NCBI GenBank assembly: GCA_012798805.1
Contig: JAAZMM010000019.1
Coordinates: forward strand, 2,771-66,770
Direction of reading: 5' to 3'
DNA from: Bacteroidales bacterium
GTDB taxonomy: Bacteria > Bacteroidota > Bacteroidia > Bacteroidales > UBA932
Length of the DNA stretch: 64,000 bases
Numbering within the stretch: the stretch's first letter is position 1; every line of letters begins with the position of its first letter. The position numbers and the translations under genes are program-made. Under the pieces are notes generated by a model. The model did no database searches and was not told the DNA's origin. It saw only the letters and a program-made list of their open reading frames with translations. Below, piece by piece: positions 8,728-17,661 of this stretch.

Positions 8728-11700
8728 TTGATATACCGTAAATTAAAGCACATCAAGACCTGGAAAAAAATAGTTCTTGCGGTGGTTATTCTTATCACAC
8801 TTATTCCAACCACCCTCTATATTGCAATACAAATGCCTGTATTCCAGACATATTTATGCAATAAGGCCTCTTCTATGCTTTCTGAAAAGATCAATGGTGA
8901 TATATCCGTCGGTGCTATATCATACGCCCTTTTCAACCGCTTGATTGTAAAGGATGTTCTGGTGGCCGGTCCTGTAGGTGATACTCTGTTTCATGCAAGC
9001 AAGGTCTCTGTTAACCTACAGGCTCGAAGTGTTATTTCAGGAGAAATAGAAGCGAACAAAATTGTTGTTGAAGGTGGACAATTCAATATATGTAAAATAA
9101 CCCCTGACGAGAGCAATCTCTCCATGTTGATGAAAAAAAAGGAGAAAACCCGGGAAGATGATATTTCTGAGGATGTTGAAAATGATTTTGAAGAAATTTC
9201 AGAAGAGAAATCAGATGGATGGACGAAATCGCTAAATATTGACAAAATCGAAATAAGAGATTTCACATTCAGGGCACTCGACACATTTGATATCACAATC
9301 TACAAAGACCCCAGGACTATAGATTGGAGCAACATAGTACTGAACGACATTAATCTCTCAGCACGTAATCTCCGTATAGAGGATGATATAACGGTCATAC
9401 TGGACAATCTCGCGTTCAAGGAGGGTAACGGACTAAATGTAAACACCTTTAGTGGGGAGATACGTCTGGGTGATGTACTCGAATACAATGGCCTTGACAC
9501 CATTACCCGTAAGGAGATCTATATTGACGATATGCTCTATGACGACGGGTACTCAAGGCTTGTGACAGAGTACTACTCGATGAGATTTGACGATTTCAGT
9601 GACTTTTCGGATTATATGACAAAGGTTTACATGGGCCTTGACCTTAAAGAAGGGTCATTTCTCGACTTTCGATCTTTAAGAAGTTACACCGATGAACTAT
9701 CATATTTTACCTTGAACTTTTATTTGGTTGGCGAAACAAAAGGCACGGTGAGCAATCTTATTACTCATTCTCTCAAAGTACAATCCAAATCAAGGCAAAC
9801 ATTACTCGATTTTTCCGCTCACCTTTCCGGTCTGCCATACACCGACGAGACAATGGCCACTTTTGATATCAAGCAATGCTATACAACTACTGCAGAAATA
9901 GCTGATATAGTGGCCTCCGTTACCGACACCCCTATTGATAAAAAAGCCATCAGCTCATTTGCCAGAAATGAAAGAATTCATTTTGACGGCAGTCTTAATG
10001 GTTTCTTTGAGGACTTTGTCGCATTCGGAGAGCTTGGCTCCGAGGATCTGGGACAATTCAAGGTTGACATCATATGTCGCAATGAAAGAGGAGTCGGCTA
10101 TGAACTTATTGGATTTATAAAGAGCAAATCATTCGACCTCGGACGTCTTTTAGACAACTCTCTTTTAGGCGACTTTACCTGCGATGCTACTGTTTCAGCA
10201 CTATTTGGCCAGGAGTCAAGCATAGATATCGAGCAAATCAGCATTAGCGAACTTGGATTCAACAACTACAACTATAGTAATATTCTGGCTACGGGAAGAC
10301 TGGCTAACAGCGAATTTGACGGACGCGTAATCTGTAGCGATCCAAATCTCAACTTTATGTTCCACGGCCTCTTTGCACTCGCGGGCAAGAGCAATAATTC
10401 TCTATACAAATTTAATCTGGCACTCGGTCACGCTGACCTTCACGCGCTTAATTTTGACAAAAGGGAAATCTCGACGATCAAGCTCCAGGCAGATGCCGAC
10501 TTTACCAAAACCAAGGCCGGGGATATGTTTGGAGATATTCTAGTCAAAAATCTCAGCTGTTCACTTGGAAGCGACAATTTTGATGTAGGCAACATCCACC
10601 TCCGTTCCAATTCATATAAAGATTACTACACCCTCCAACTCAAATCCTCGTTTGCCCGGGCTGACTATGAAGGCACAGCTCCAATCTCATCATTTGCATC
10701 AGATATGCTTAAGCTTACAGCAGAACATCACCTTAGCCATTTATTTGAGACAAAAGAGGATCAGGAAGGGCTGCCCGATATACAAGAAAATTATAGTTTC
10801 AATCTTCAGACTTTCGATATGAGGCCGGTCTGCAGTTTCCTGATGCCGGGTCTCTACGTGGAAGATCGGTCTATGGTAAATGTCAGAGTCACAAGTGACG
10901 ACATTTTGAAAATCGCTGTCAAATCGCCTCTGCTGGCCTACAAACATAATTACATCAAGGATCTTGACTTGACGGTGGACAACCGGGACAGTATGATTAC
11001 CACAATCTTCAGATCCGAAATGTTGCAATCCGGCAACATAAAAGGCTATGATGCAATCATCAAGGCACTTGTAAAAGATAACTCGATAGGACTTAATCTC
11101 GGATTTGACAATCGTGAGCAGAAGGCCACTTATGCCGATATAAATGCAAGGGTATCATTCCCTGAGCCCAAGGAGAATGGATTAAAAATTCTTGCTGACT
11201 TTTACCCCTCAAATATTGTTATAAATGGAAACAACTGGGCCCTGAACCCCTCTTCCATAGAATATGTAGATAAGGATATATCAGTAACTAATTTCGGCCT
11301 CTCAAATGAAGACCAGACAATACGTTTTGACGGCAGACTCTCAGCAAGCCCCGAAGATACGCTTACAGTCAAACTAAACCGTTTTGATGCCTCCGTGATC
11401 AATCCATTTTTCGATATACCACTCGACATACAGGGTTTTCTGACCGGTAAAGCAGAATTGTTTGGCCTCTATGCTGAAAACAAGGGCCTGTTGCTTAATA
11501 TTGATGGGGATCAAATTTCAGTTGCCGGTGATCAAATCGGCAATCTCGGCATCCATACCACCTGGAATGAAGCGGGTAAATGTTTTGATTTTTTACTCAA
11601 CAACAGAAAGGATGAACTCACACCTCTCTATCTTGCAGGATCCTATTATCCAAACAATAAGAACATTACAGGAAAATTATCTCTGGACAAATTCTCACTT

Positions 11701-13380
11701 GTCTGCCTCGGTCCCGTAGTTGAAGGTCTTTTATCAAATGTCAGTGGAAATATCTCTGCAGATATTGACATATCAGGTACTCCGGACAAATTGGCTCTTA
11801 ATAGTACCAACGGACATTTTGACGAATTTAATTTTGTACTGGACTACACAAAAGTGCCATATACCCTTAACGGTCCTTTCAGTGTGAGTGAAAAAGGAAT
11901 CGTATTTGAAGAGACAATTGTTACAGACAAATTTGGTCATGAAGGAATACTAACCGGAGGATTGCACTATGACTACTTCAAGAATATGCACCTCAATGCC
12001 AGACTGAATGCCGAACATCTCCTCGGCCTCAACACCACAGCCGCAGATAACGACTTATTCTACGGAAGAGCATTCGCTACCGGCACAATCCGCATAAGCG
12101 GCCCCTTCAACAAACTTTTGCTGGATATGAACATAACCACCGGACGTAATTCCACCATACATATTCCGCTAAGTTCCTCTTCAAGCAGCCACACTTCACT
12201 GCTGACATTTGTGGACAAAACCACAGTCAAGTCCATTTCAGCTTATGATTCACTCCAAGTGATGAATAGTGCCATCGAAGAGAAAGAGAACTATGAATTT
12301 GCCGTCAGAATGCGCGTAAATGCCACCCCTGACGCTGAAGTCCATCTTGAAATCAACAAAGCACTTGGTGATGTCATTAAGTCGCGCGGAACCGGCCAGT
12401 TAGTAATAAACACCAACACCGCCACAGACCTGTTTGACATCAAAGGCAACTACAATATTGATGAAGGCAGTTACAAATTTGTGCTGATGGGACTTGCATC
12501 CCGTGATTTCATTATCAATCCCGGCGGAACGATCAACTTTACGGGCGACATAATGAAGTCGGACCTCAACCTCGAGGCTATTTACCGCACAAAAGCTTCC
12601 ATAGGGACTCTGATAGCTGATACTACATCCATAAGCACCAGGCGGACGGTGGACTGCGGGATAGGCATTACCGGCAAACTTGCCAATCCTGAATTGACCT
12701 TCTCCATTGATATACCTGACCTTGACCCTACCATAAAGGGACGTGTTGAAAGTGCATTGAGTACCGAAGACAAACGTCTTAAACAACTGCTGACCCTGCT
12801 TCTCTCCGGAAGCTTTGTTCCCGATGAACAGTCGGGCATTGTAAACAACACTACGGTACTTTACTCCAATGCTTCGGAGATTATGGCCAACCAACTAAAT
12901 AATGTCTTCCGCCAGCTCAACATCCCTCTCGACCTTGGGTTTAATTATCAGCCCGGAGAGAATGGACGCGACATATTTGATGTAGCTGTTTCAACACAAC
13001 TGTTCAACAACCGGGTCAACATCAATGGAAATATAGGCAACAGGCAATATATGACCTCCAATCAAAGCGACTTGGTGGGTGATGTCGATATGGAGATCAA
13101 AATCGATCGTACGGGCAGAATACGCCTGACTCTTTTCTCCCATTCTGCAGACCAATATAGTAACTATCTTGACCAATTGCAGCGCAATGGAATAGGTGTC
13201 TCCTATCAAGAAGAATTTGATGACTTCAGGGAACTTTTCAGAAAGATCTTCTGGAGCAAAAGACGCCGTGAAGAGTATGCTGCTCAGCAAGCGAGAGTGC
13301 TGGAGATACGTCAAAAAGACCCCCTGCAACGAATGCAGGAACAACAATCAAAGCAGACGCAAGAAACCACCATCAGGTGA
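8728..13380 (+). CDS. tamB: translocation/assembly module protein TamB (DUF490)
   Basis: 1550 aa with an N-terminal signal-anchor (IVLAVVILITLIPTTLYIAI) and a very long beta-rich body, divergent from tsaD as is usual in Bacteroidales. The start is uncertain: it is TTG, only 2 nt after a -7-like box, with no in-frame ATG before the TM segment. Confidence 0.8.
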   Translation: MIYRKLKHIKTWKKIVLAVVILITLIPTTLYIAIQMPVFQTYLCNKASSMLSEKINGDISVGAISYALFNRLIVKDVLVAGPVGDTLFHASKVSVNLQARSVISGEIEANKIVVEGGQFNICKITPDESNLSMLMKKKEKTREDDISEDVENDFEEISEEKSDGWTKSLNIDKIEIRDFTFRALDTFDITIYKDPRTIDWSNIVLNDINLSARNLRIEDDITVILDNLAFKEGNGLNVNTFSGEIRLGDVLEYNGLDTITRKEIYIDDMLYDDGYSRLVTEYYSMRFDDFSDFSDYMTKVYMGLDLKEGSFLDFRSLRSYTDELSYFTLNFYLVGETKGTVSNLITHSLKVQSKSRQTLLDFSAHLSGLPYTDETMATFDIKQCYTTTAEIADIVASVTDTPIDKKAISSFARNERIHFDGSLNGFFEDFVAFGELGSEDLGQFKVDIICRNERGVGYELIGFIKSKSFDLGRLLDNSLLGDFTCDATVSALFGQESSIDIEQISISELGFNNYNYSNILATGRLANSEFDGRVICSDPNLNFMFHGLFALAGKSNNSLYKFNLALGHADLHALNFDKREISTIKLQADADFTKTKAGDMFGDILVKNLSCSLGSDNFDVGNIHLRSNSYKDYYTLQLKSSFARADYEGTAPISSFASDMLKLTAEHHLSHLFETKEDQEGLPDIQENYSFNLQTFDMRPVCSFLMPGLYVEDRSMVNVRVTSDDILKIAVKSPLLAYKHNYIKDLDLTVDNRDSMITTIFRSEMLQSGNIKGYDAIIKALVKDNSIGLNLGFDNREQKATYADINARVSFPEPKENGLKILADFYPSNIVINGNNWALNPSSIEYVDKDISVTNFGLSNEDQTIRFDGRLSASPEDTLTVKLNRFDASVINPFFDIPLDIQGFLTGKAELFGLYAENKGLLLNIDGDQISVAGDQIGNLGIHTTWNEAGKCFDFLLNNRKDELTPLYLAGSYYPNNKNITGKLSLDKFSLVCLGPVVEGLLSNVSGNISADIDISGTPDKLALNSTNGHFDEFNFVLDYTKVPYTLNGPFSVSEKGIVFEETIVTDKFGHEGILTGGLHYDYFKNMHLNARLNAEHLLGLNTTAADNDLFYGRAFATGTIRISGPFNKLLLDMNITTGRNSTIHIPLSSSSSSHTSLLTFVDKTTVKSISAYDSLQVMNSAIEEKENYEFAVRMRVNATPDAEVHLEINKALGDVIKSRGTGQLVINTNTATDLFDIKGNYNIDEGSYKFVLMGLASRDFIINPGGTINFTGDIMKSDLNLEAIYRTKASIGTLIADTTSISTRRTVDCGIGITGKLANPELTFSIDIPDLDPTIKGRVESALSTEDKRLKQLLTLLLSGSFVPDEQSGIVNNTTVLYSNASEIMANQLNNVFRQLNIPLDLGFNYQPGENGRDIFDVAVSTQLFNNRVNINGNIGNRQYMTSNQSDLVGDVDMEIKIDRTGRIRLTLFSHSADQYSNYLDQLQRNGIGVSYQEEFDDFRELFRKIFWSKRRREEYAAQQARVLEIRQKDPLQRMQEQQSKQTQETTIR

Positions 13381-14271
13381 TACCTCCATTACTGCCTCCC
13401 TTCCCAGCACAAGCGAATAATTAGGCTGCTCGTGACCGCATGGAAATCCGAAAAGAACCGGACAATCGAGAGGGTCGGTATGCTCCTTTATGAGAGTATA
13501 TACATCTTTCCCCCATGTATCGCTATCTGCCGTATCTGTAAACTGACCTATTATCATGCCTTTGAGACGGTCGAGCATACCTGCGTATCGCATTGTAAGC
13601 AACATCCTATCCACTGTATGCATTTTTTCGCCAATATCCTCAATAAACAGAATGGAGTCCTCCTCGAATAGATTTTGAATAGGAGTGCCTATAGTACTGG
13701 CAAATAGGCATAGATTGCCTCCAACCAGCCTGCCTCTGCACTTTCCTGACTTACTGAATGGGTGTGGTTCGGTGGAATAATGCATTTTTCGGCCAAAAAG
13801 CGCATCATAGAGTGAATCAAATGTCTCCTGCGGTGCATCTCCAAAGGTACTGGGCATTGCTCCGAGTATCGATTCCAATCCCAATGAGTTCAATGCATTA
13901 TGAAAAATAGTTATATCACTGAAGCCCACTAACCATTTCGGATATTTCTTAAAAAGATTTAGATCCAGGTGAGTCAGAGTACGCATCGAACCATATCCGC
14001 CACGAAAGGAGATTATCGCTTTGACCTCCTCATCAAGGAGCATTTCGCGCATATCTTCAGCTCTAAGAGCATCTTCTCCGGCAAAATCGCCCGAAAGTGA
14101 CTCATACAAGTATTTCCCTTTTTTAACTTTAAGTCCCCAGGAATGAAATACGGCACTCCATTTTTCTTCATATTCGGGGGTGCGTTGAGATTGTGCAATA
14201 GCCGATGCCATCGCCACAAGCCCTATTGTATCACCGGGTTTGAGGTATGGCGGTCTGATAAAGTGTCGCAT
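13348..14271 (-). CDS. LD-carboxypeptidase (peptidase S66)
   Basis: 307 aa. It has PGDTIGLVAMAS, GFSDIT (nucleophile Ser context) and a C-terminal GHEQPN-type motif. It lies 5 nt downstream of the HDIG gene, and its 3' end overlaps the tamB 3' end by 33 nt. Confidence 0.8.
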   Translation of the reverse strand: MRHFIRPPYLKPGDTIGLVAMASAIAQSQRTPEYEEKWSAVFHSWGLKVKKGKYLYESLSGDFAGEDALRAEDMREMLLDEEVKAIISFRGGYGSMRTLTHLDLNLFKKYPKWLVGFSDITIFHNALNSLGLESILGAMPSTFGDAPQETFDSLYDALFGRKMHYSTEPHPFSKSGKCRGRLVGGNLCLFASTIGTPIQNLFEEDSILFIEDIGEKMHTVDRMLLTMRYAGMLDRLKGMIIGQFTDTADSDTWGKDVYTLIKEHTDPLDCPVLFGFPCGHEQPNYSLVLGREAVMEVSPDGGFLRLL

Positions 14272-14276
14272 CTTAT

Positions 14277-16331
14277 CTATTTTTCTTTGTGATCGCGTTT
14301 TCGCTTTGGATAGGCAATACGCGCATGATATGTCTGTTTGAGCTGTCTCTTAAAGGACTCTTTGACCATATTGATCTCCTTAAATGATATATCAGCCCGC
14401 GCAAGCTGTTTATCCGAAAGACGGGAGCCGAGAATTTCTTCAACCAGTTCTGAGATACTTTCGTCAGTATATTTCTTGAGTGAGCGTGATGCAGCCTCAA
14501 CAGCATCCGCCATCATCACAATCACCTGCTCCCTGGTAGTGGGAAGCATTCCTTTATAGGTAAAAGGGGCAGTATTCTTGGGATCGCCACCATTATTGCA
14601 ATAGACATTGTAGAAATAAAGAGTCATGGATTGACCGTGATGTGAACGTATAAAATCTTTTATCACATCAGGAAGATGAAATTTGCGCGCCAGTGCAAGT
14701 CCATCATCCACGTGGCGAATAATATCTGCTGCACTCTCCTCCGGTGTAAGATCCTTGTGGTAATTGTCCTGCGCACTGCCGGGATTAACATTTTCAATGA
14801 AACATGCGGGATTTTCCATTTTACCCACGTCATGGTACATTGCACCCGCTCTTGCCAGCATCGCATTAGCTCCGATCTCCCGAGCAGCAACTTCAGCCAT
14901 ATTAGCCACCATCAGAGAGTGTTGGAAAGAGCCTGGTGCCCGATGCGATAGCTCCTGGAGCAGCTTGTTGCTACTGTCCGTAAGATCAAACAGACGAGAG
15001 TATGAGGTGAATGAAAATATTCTTTCGAACAGAAGTACAAACGGATTGAGCACAACACATAACACTGCATTTATCGCAATGAATGTCACGGTATAGCTCT
15101 TCCAGATCATCGCTGCGTCATCCGTCAACAGACGGAACGAAAGCAGCACCGCCATCATTCCCACAAAAATAAATATTGAATTTAGGAACACTTTCCACCC
15201 TCTATTGAAATAGGTATAGGTAAGCAACCCTATACTGCCGGCAACCAGATTAATACCGAAAAGTTCTATGCCATTCTCCGCAATCAGCAAAAGTGGCAAA
15301 AGCGAAATGAGGTAGATGGGAAAGATTATCTCATTTTTGAAAAATGAAGCAGCAATTAGGGCCAGTGCTGCAAATGGCACAATATAAATGAGATTGGCAC
15401 CCAGACGATGGACCAGAGCTGTGGCCGCAAATGCAAATAGCACCATCAGAAGTATAAACAGAAGCTGTCTTGTGTTTCTCAAAACCTCCTTCGATGTGAA
15501 GAAAATGGCGAGGAAAAGGAGAAAGACCAATATAAGCACCGTCACCACATGACTCACAATGAGCCAGCCACGTGCAGAGCTATAACCAAAACTTCTGTTG
15601 TACTCAGCTTTGTAAGAGTCGAGAATCTGTTCGATCTCAGCAGAAACGATCTCACCCTTGGAGACAATCAACTGTCCGGAGTAGATAATACCCTTGGTGG
15701 GCGATATATAATTAACCGCATCACGGTGCAAAAGCGCAGTAACATCCTCATCGTACACCAGATTAGGTACAATCCAGGAGGGTATGTTTATAAGTGTAAG
15801 AAGAGAGTCTGTAGCCACCTTCGGAAAAGTATAGCGCAGATCTGCCTGCAGCAGACCGGCAGCTCTCTTCTGATCATACACCTCCAAAGCAGGCATATCC
15901 GTTACCCTTCCATTCCTATTTACGAATATCACTTTGTCCGAGATATCCTCATCTTCGAAAGTGGAGACTATCCCGCCGGAATATGCATCGGATAGAAAAT
16001 CGGAAATATGCCGTGAAATATCTCCCGGAATGGAGTTCTCTATGGAAAACCTGGCGAAACCATCCAGCATCCTTTCAGCTGTCTCATTATTATAGTTATA
16101 ATATTCGACAATATGTGAGGTTTTTTGCTCGATTTCCACCAGCAACTCAGCCTCGGTCTTTAAAATGGGAAAATCAAATGGAGCAATTAGCGTCTCATAA
16201 ATCCAGGCCTGGCCACGTGCATATTCATACTTGAATTTTCCCTCATTGGGATAGAGAATGATCATCAGTACCGCCAAAACAGCAAACCAAATGAGCGACC
16301 GGTAGTTTTTGAGGTTTCTTGTTGTTTCCAT
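14277..16331 (-). CDS. 7TM-HD (HDIG) membrane phosphohydrolase, PgpH/YqfF-like
   Basis: 684 aa with an extracellular N-terminal domain, a block of TM helices, then the HD domain (SLMVANMAEVAA...MYHDVGK...IRSHHG). Confidence 0.8.
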   Translation of the reverse strand: METTRNLKNYRSLIWFAVLAVLMIILYPNEGKFKYEYARGQAWIYETLIAPFDFPILKTEAELLVEIEQKTSHIVEYYNYNNETAERMLDGFARFSIENSIPGDISRHISDFLSDAYSGGIVSTFEDEDISDKVIFVNRNGRVTDMPALEVYDQKRAAGLLQADLRYTFPKVATDSLLTLINIPSWIVPNLVYDEDVTALLHRDAVNYISPTKGIIYSGQLIVSKGEIVSAEIEQILDSYKAEYNRSFGYSSARGWLIVSHVVTVLILVFLLFLAIFFTSKEVLRNTRQLLFILLMVLFAFAATALVHRLGANLIYIVPFAALALIAASFFKNEIIFPIYLISLLPLLLIAENGIELFGINLVAGSIGLLTYTYFNRGWKVFLNSIFIFVGMMAVLLSFRLLTDDAAMIWKSYTVTFIAINAVLCVVLNPFVLLFERIFSFTSYSRLFDLTDSSNKLLQELSHRAPGSFQHSLMVANMAEVAAREIGANAMLARAGAMYHDVGKMENPACFIENVNPGSAQDNYHKDLTPEESAADIIRHVDDGLALARKFHLPDVIKDFIRSHHGQSMTLYFYNVYCNNGGDPKNTAPFTYKGMLPTTREQVIVMMADAVEAASRSLKKYTDESISELVEEILGSRLSDKQLARADISFKEINMVKESFKRQLKQTYHARIAYPKRKRDHKEK

Positions 16332-16342
16332 AAATTATTTTA

Positions 16343-16350
16343 TAATTTTG
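16343..16350 (+). promoter_or_regulatory. candidate -7 promoter box for the esterase gene
   Basis: TAATTTTG lies 25 nt upstream of the ATG at 16376. Confidence 0.45.
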
Positions 16351-16375
16351 TAAAGTTAAGAAAAAAAGTGCTACA

Positions 16376-17209
16376 ATGAAAAAACTAATCCTGGCTGTGG
16401 CTCTCATTTTAGCCACATTTACAATCAATGCACAAGAACTTGTCGTCATCAGTTCAGACCTCCTTAAGTGCGATGATTCAATCCTTGTATTCACTCCAAA
16501 GCGTTATGGTCACCACGACTATGCTACAAATGAAGAGATGCCCACATTGTTTCTTCTTCACGGCTGGTCAGGATGCTACCGCAACTGGGCAGACAAGTCC
16601 GACTTACAGCGGGTCAGCAATCGTTTCGGATTCAGAATCATCTGTCCTGATGGATTTTATAATAGCTGGTATGCGGATAATGTCGATAAAGACAAAATGC
16701 AATGGAGAAGTTTCTTTGACAGGGAACTCTATCCACAGATGGTGGAAAAATATAACCTGGATCCGGAAAAGACCTTCATAACAGGTCTTTCAATGGGAGG
16801 GCTTGGTGCTATCAATATCTTTCTGGATGACATATCCAGATTTAGGGCTGCCGGCTCTATGAGCGGCGTGCTCGATATCTTTCATACCTCCCCCAGACTG
16901 CTCGATGAGGAGCTCAGCCAGATTCTGGGTCCTTATACTCCTGACAATCACCTCTATGAAGCCAATAATCCGATAGCCAACCTTGACAAAGTGGCCGGAT
17001 CGGGCAAATTGATGGTAATATCCTGCGGATATGATGACTATTATGTGAGATCCAGCACCGATTTCTCGGCAAAATGCCGTGAAATGAAGATCCCTCACAT
17101 TATGCTTCTCTCCCCGGGAACTCATTCCTGGACCTACTGGGACTATGCCTTAGTAGAACATCTGGAGTTTTTCACAAAAATCCTTCAAGGAGCAAATTTA
17201 GGATATTGA
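16376..17209 (+). CDS. secreted alpha/beta-hydrolase, esterase family
   Basis: Signal peptide MKKLILAVALILATFTINAQ, LLHGWSG, and the nucleophile elbow GLSMGG. Confidence 0.8.
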   Translation: MKKLILAVALILATFTINAQELVVISSDLLKCDDSILVFTPKRYGHHDYATNEEMPTLFLLHGWSGCYRNWADKSDLQRVSNRFGFRIICPDGFYNSWYADNVDKDKMQWRSFFDRELYPQMVEKYNLDPEKTFITGLSMGGLGAINIFLDDISRFRAAGSMSGVLDIFHTSPRLLDEELSQILGPYTPDNHLYEANNPIANLDKVAGSGKLMVISCGYDDYYVRSSTDFSAKCREMKIPHIMLLSPGTHSWTYWDYALVEHLEFFTKILQGANLGY

Positions 17210-17257
17210 GTTGCTACGCAACTAGTTCTGAGTATATAGTTATGAGTTTCGAGTTGA
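17207..17257 (+). repeat. phased heptamer array (T/G)AGTnnn starting at the esterase stop codon
   Basis: TGAGTTGC...TAGTTCT GAGTATA TAGTTAT GAGTTTC GAGTTGA. There are five consecutive in-phase units at 17223-17257, plus the unit containing the TGA stop. Confidence 0.6.
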
Positions 17258-17349
17258 CGCAAGCTACGGCAGCAGGATAGAAACGAAAGTTTGTATGAAG
17301 GGTTGCGTTATCCGAAGATTGGGAAAGAGTGAGTGAATTAAATAAAAAT

Positions 17350-17378
17350 ATGGACAGGTTCCGTAAGAACCTGTCCAT
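17350..17378. terminator. 12-bp perfect hairpin between convergent genes (possible bidirectional terminator)
   Basis: ATGGACAGGTTC-CGTAA-GAACCTGTCCAT. It is flanked by an A/T-rich sequence on the left (a T-run on the minus strand) and TATCGTATATTT on the right. Confidence 0.6.
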
Positions 17379-17556
17379 TATCGTATATTTCAGACTTGTA
17401 GTGTTTAACCTCTTCTGTGTAGCATTGATATATTTTCGTATTTGACGAAAGGAGAGGCATTAATACGATTACTCCCCCGCAACAAACTTCAACATCTGTA
17501 TCCTTTATCTCCCAACTCAAAACGAAAAAAATCCCCACACCTCACAACCCGAACCA

Positions 17557-17661
17557 CCCCGCACCCTGCAACGCGCAACACGCAACACACAACACACAAT
17601 CATTCACTACTACACGCTCAGGACTCCCAACTACACACTACATACTCGGAACTCGGAACTA
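17557..17661 (-). repeat. degenerate 7-nt tandem repeat, about 15 units, beginning with the TAG stop of the downstream gene
   Basis: The minus strand reads TAGTTCC GAGTTCC GAGTATG TAGTGTG TAGTTGG GAGTCCT GAGCGTG TAGTAGT GAATGAT TGTGTGT TGTGTGT TGCGTGT TGCGCGT TGCAGGG TGCGGGG. The 7-nt phase is kept throughout. Confidence 0.65.

Noticed and set aside
13348-13380. Two convergent gene pairs (tamB/LD-carboxypeptidase here, and M23/hypothetical at 37685-37717) both overlap by exactly 33 nt
   Set aside because: The overlapping sequences are unrelated to each other, so this is probably coincidence. Neither overlap can be resolved without knowing the true stop usage, and nothing further can be tested from the sequence alone.
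17207-17661. The heptamer arrays as a CRISPR array or a MITE
   Set aside because: The units are 7 nt with no spacers, so this is not a CRISPR array. The two arrays are only family-related, not true terminal inverted repeats, and no target-site duplication is visible. A MITE is therefore unsupported, although a REP-like element remains possible.
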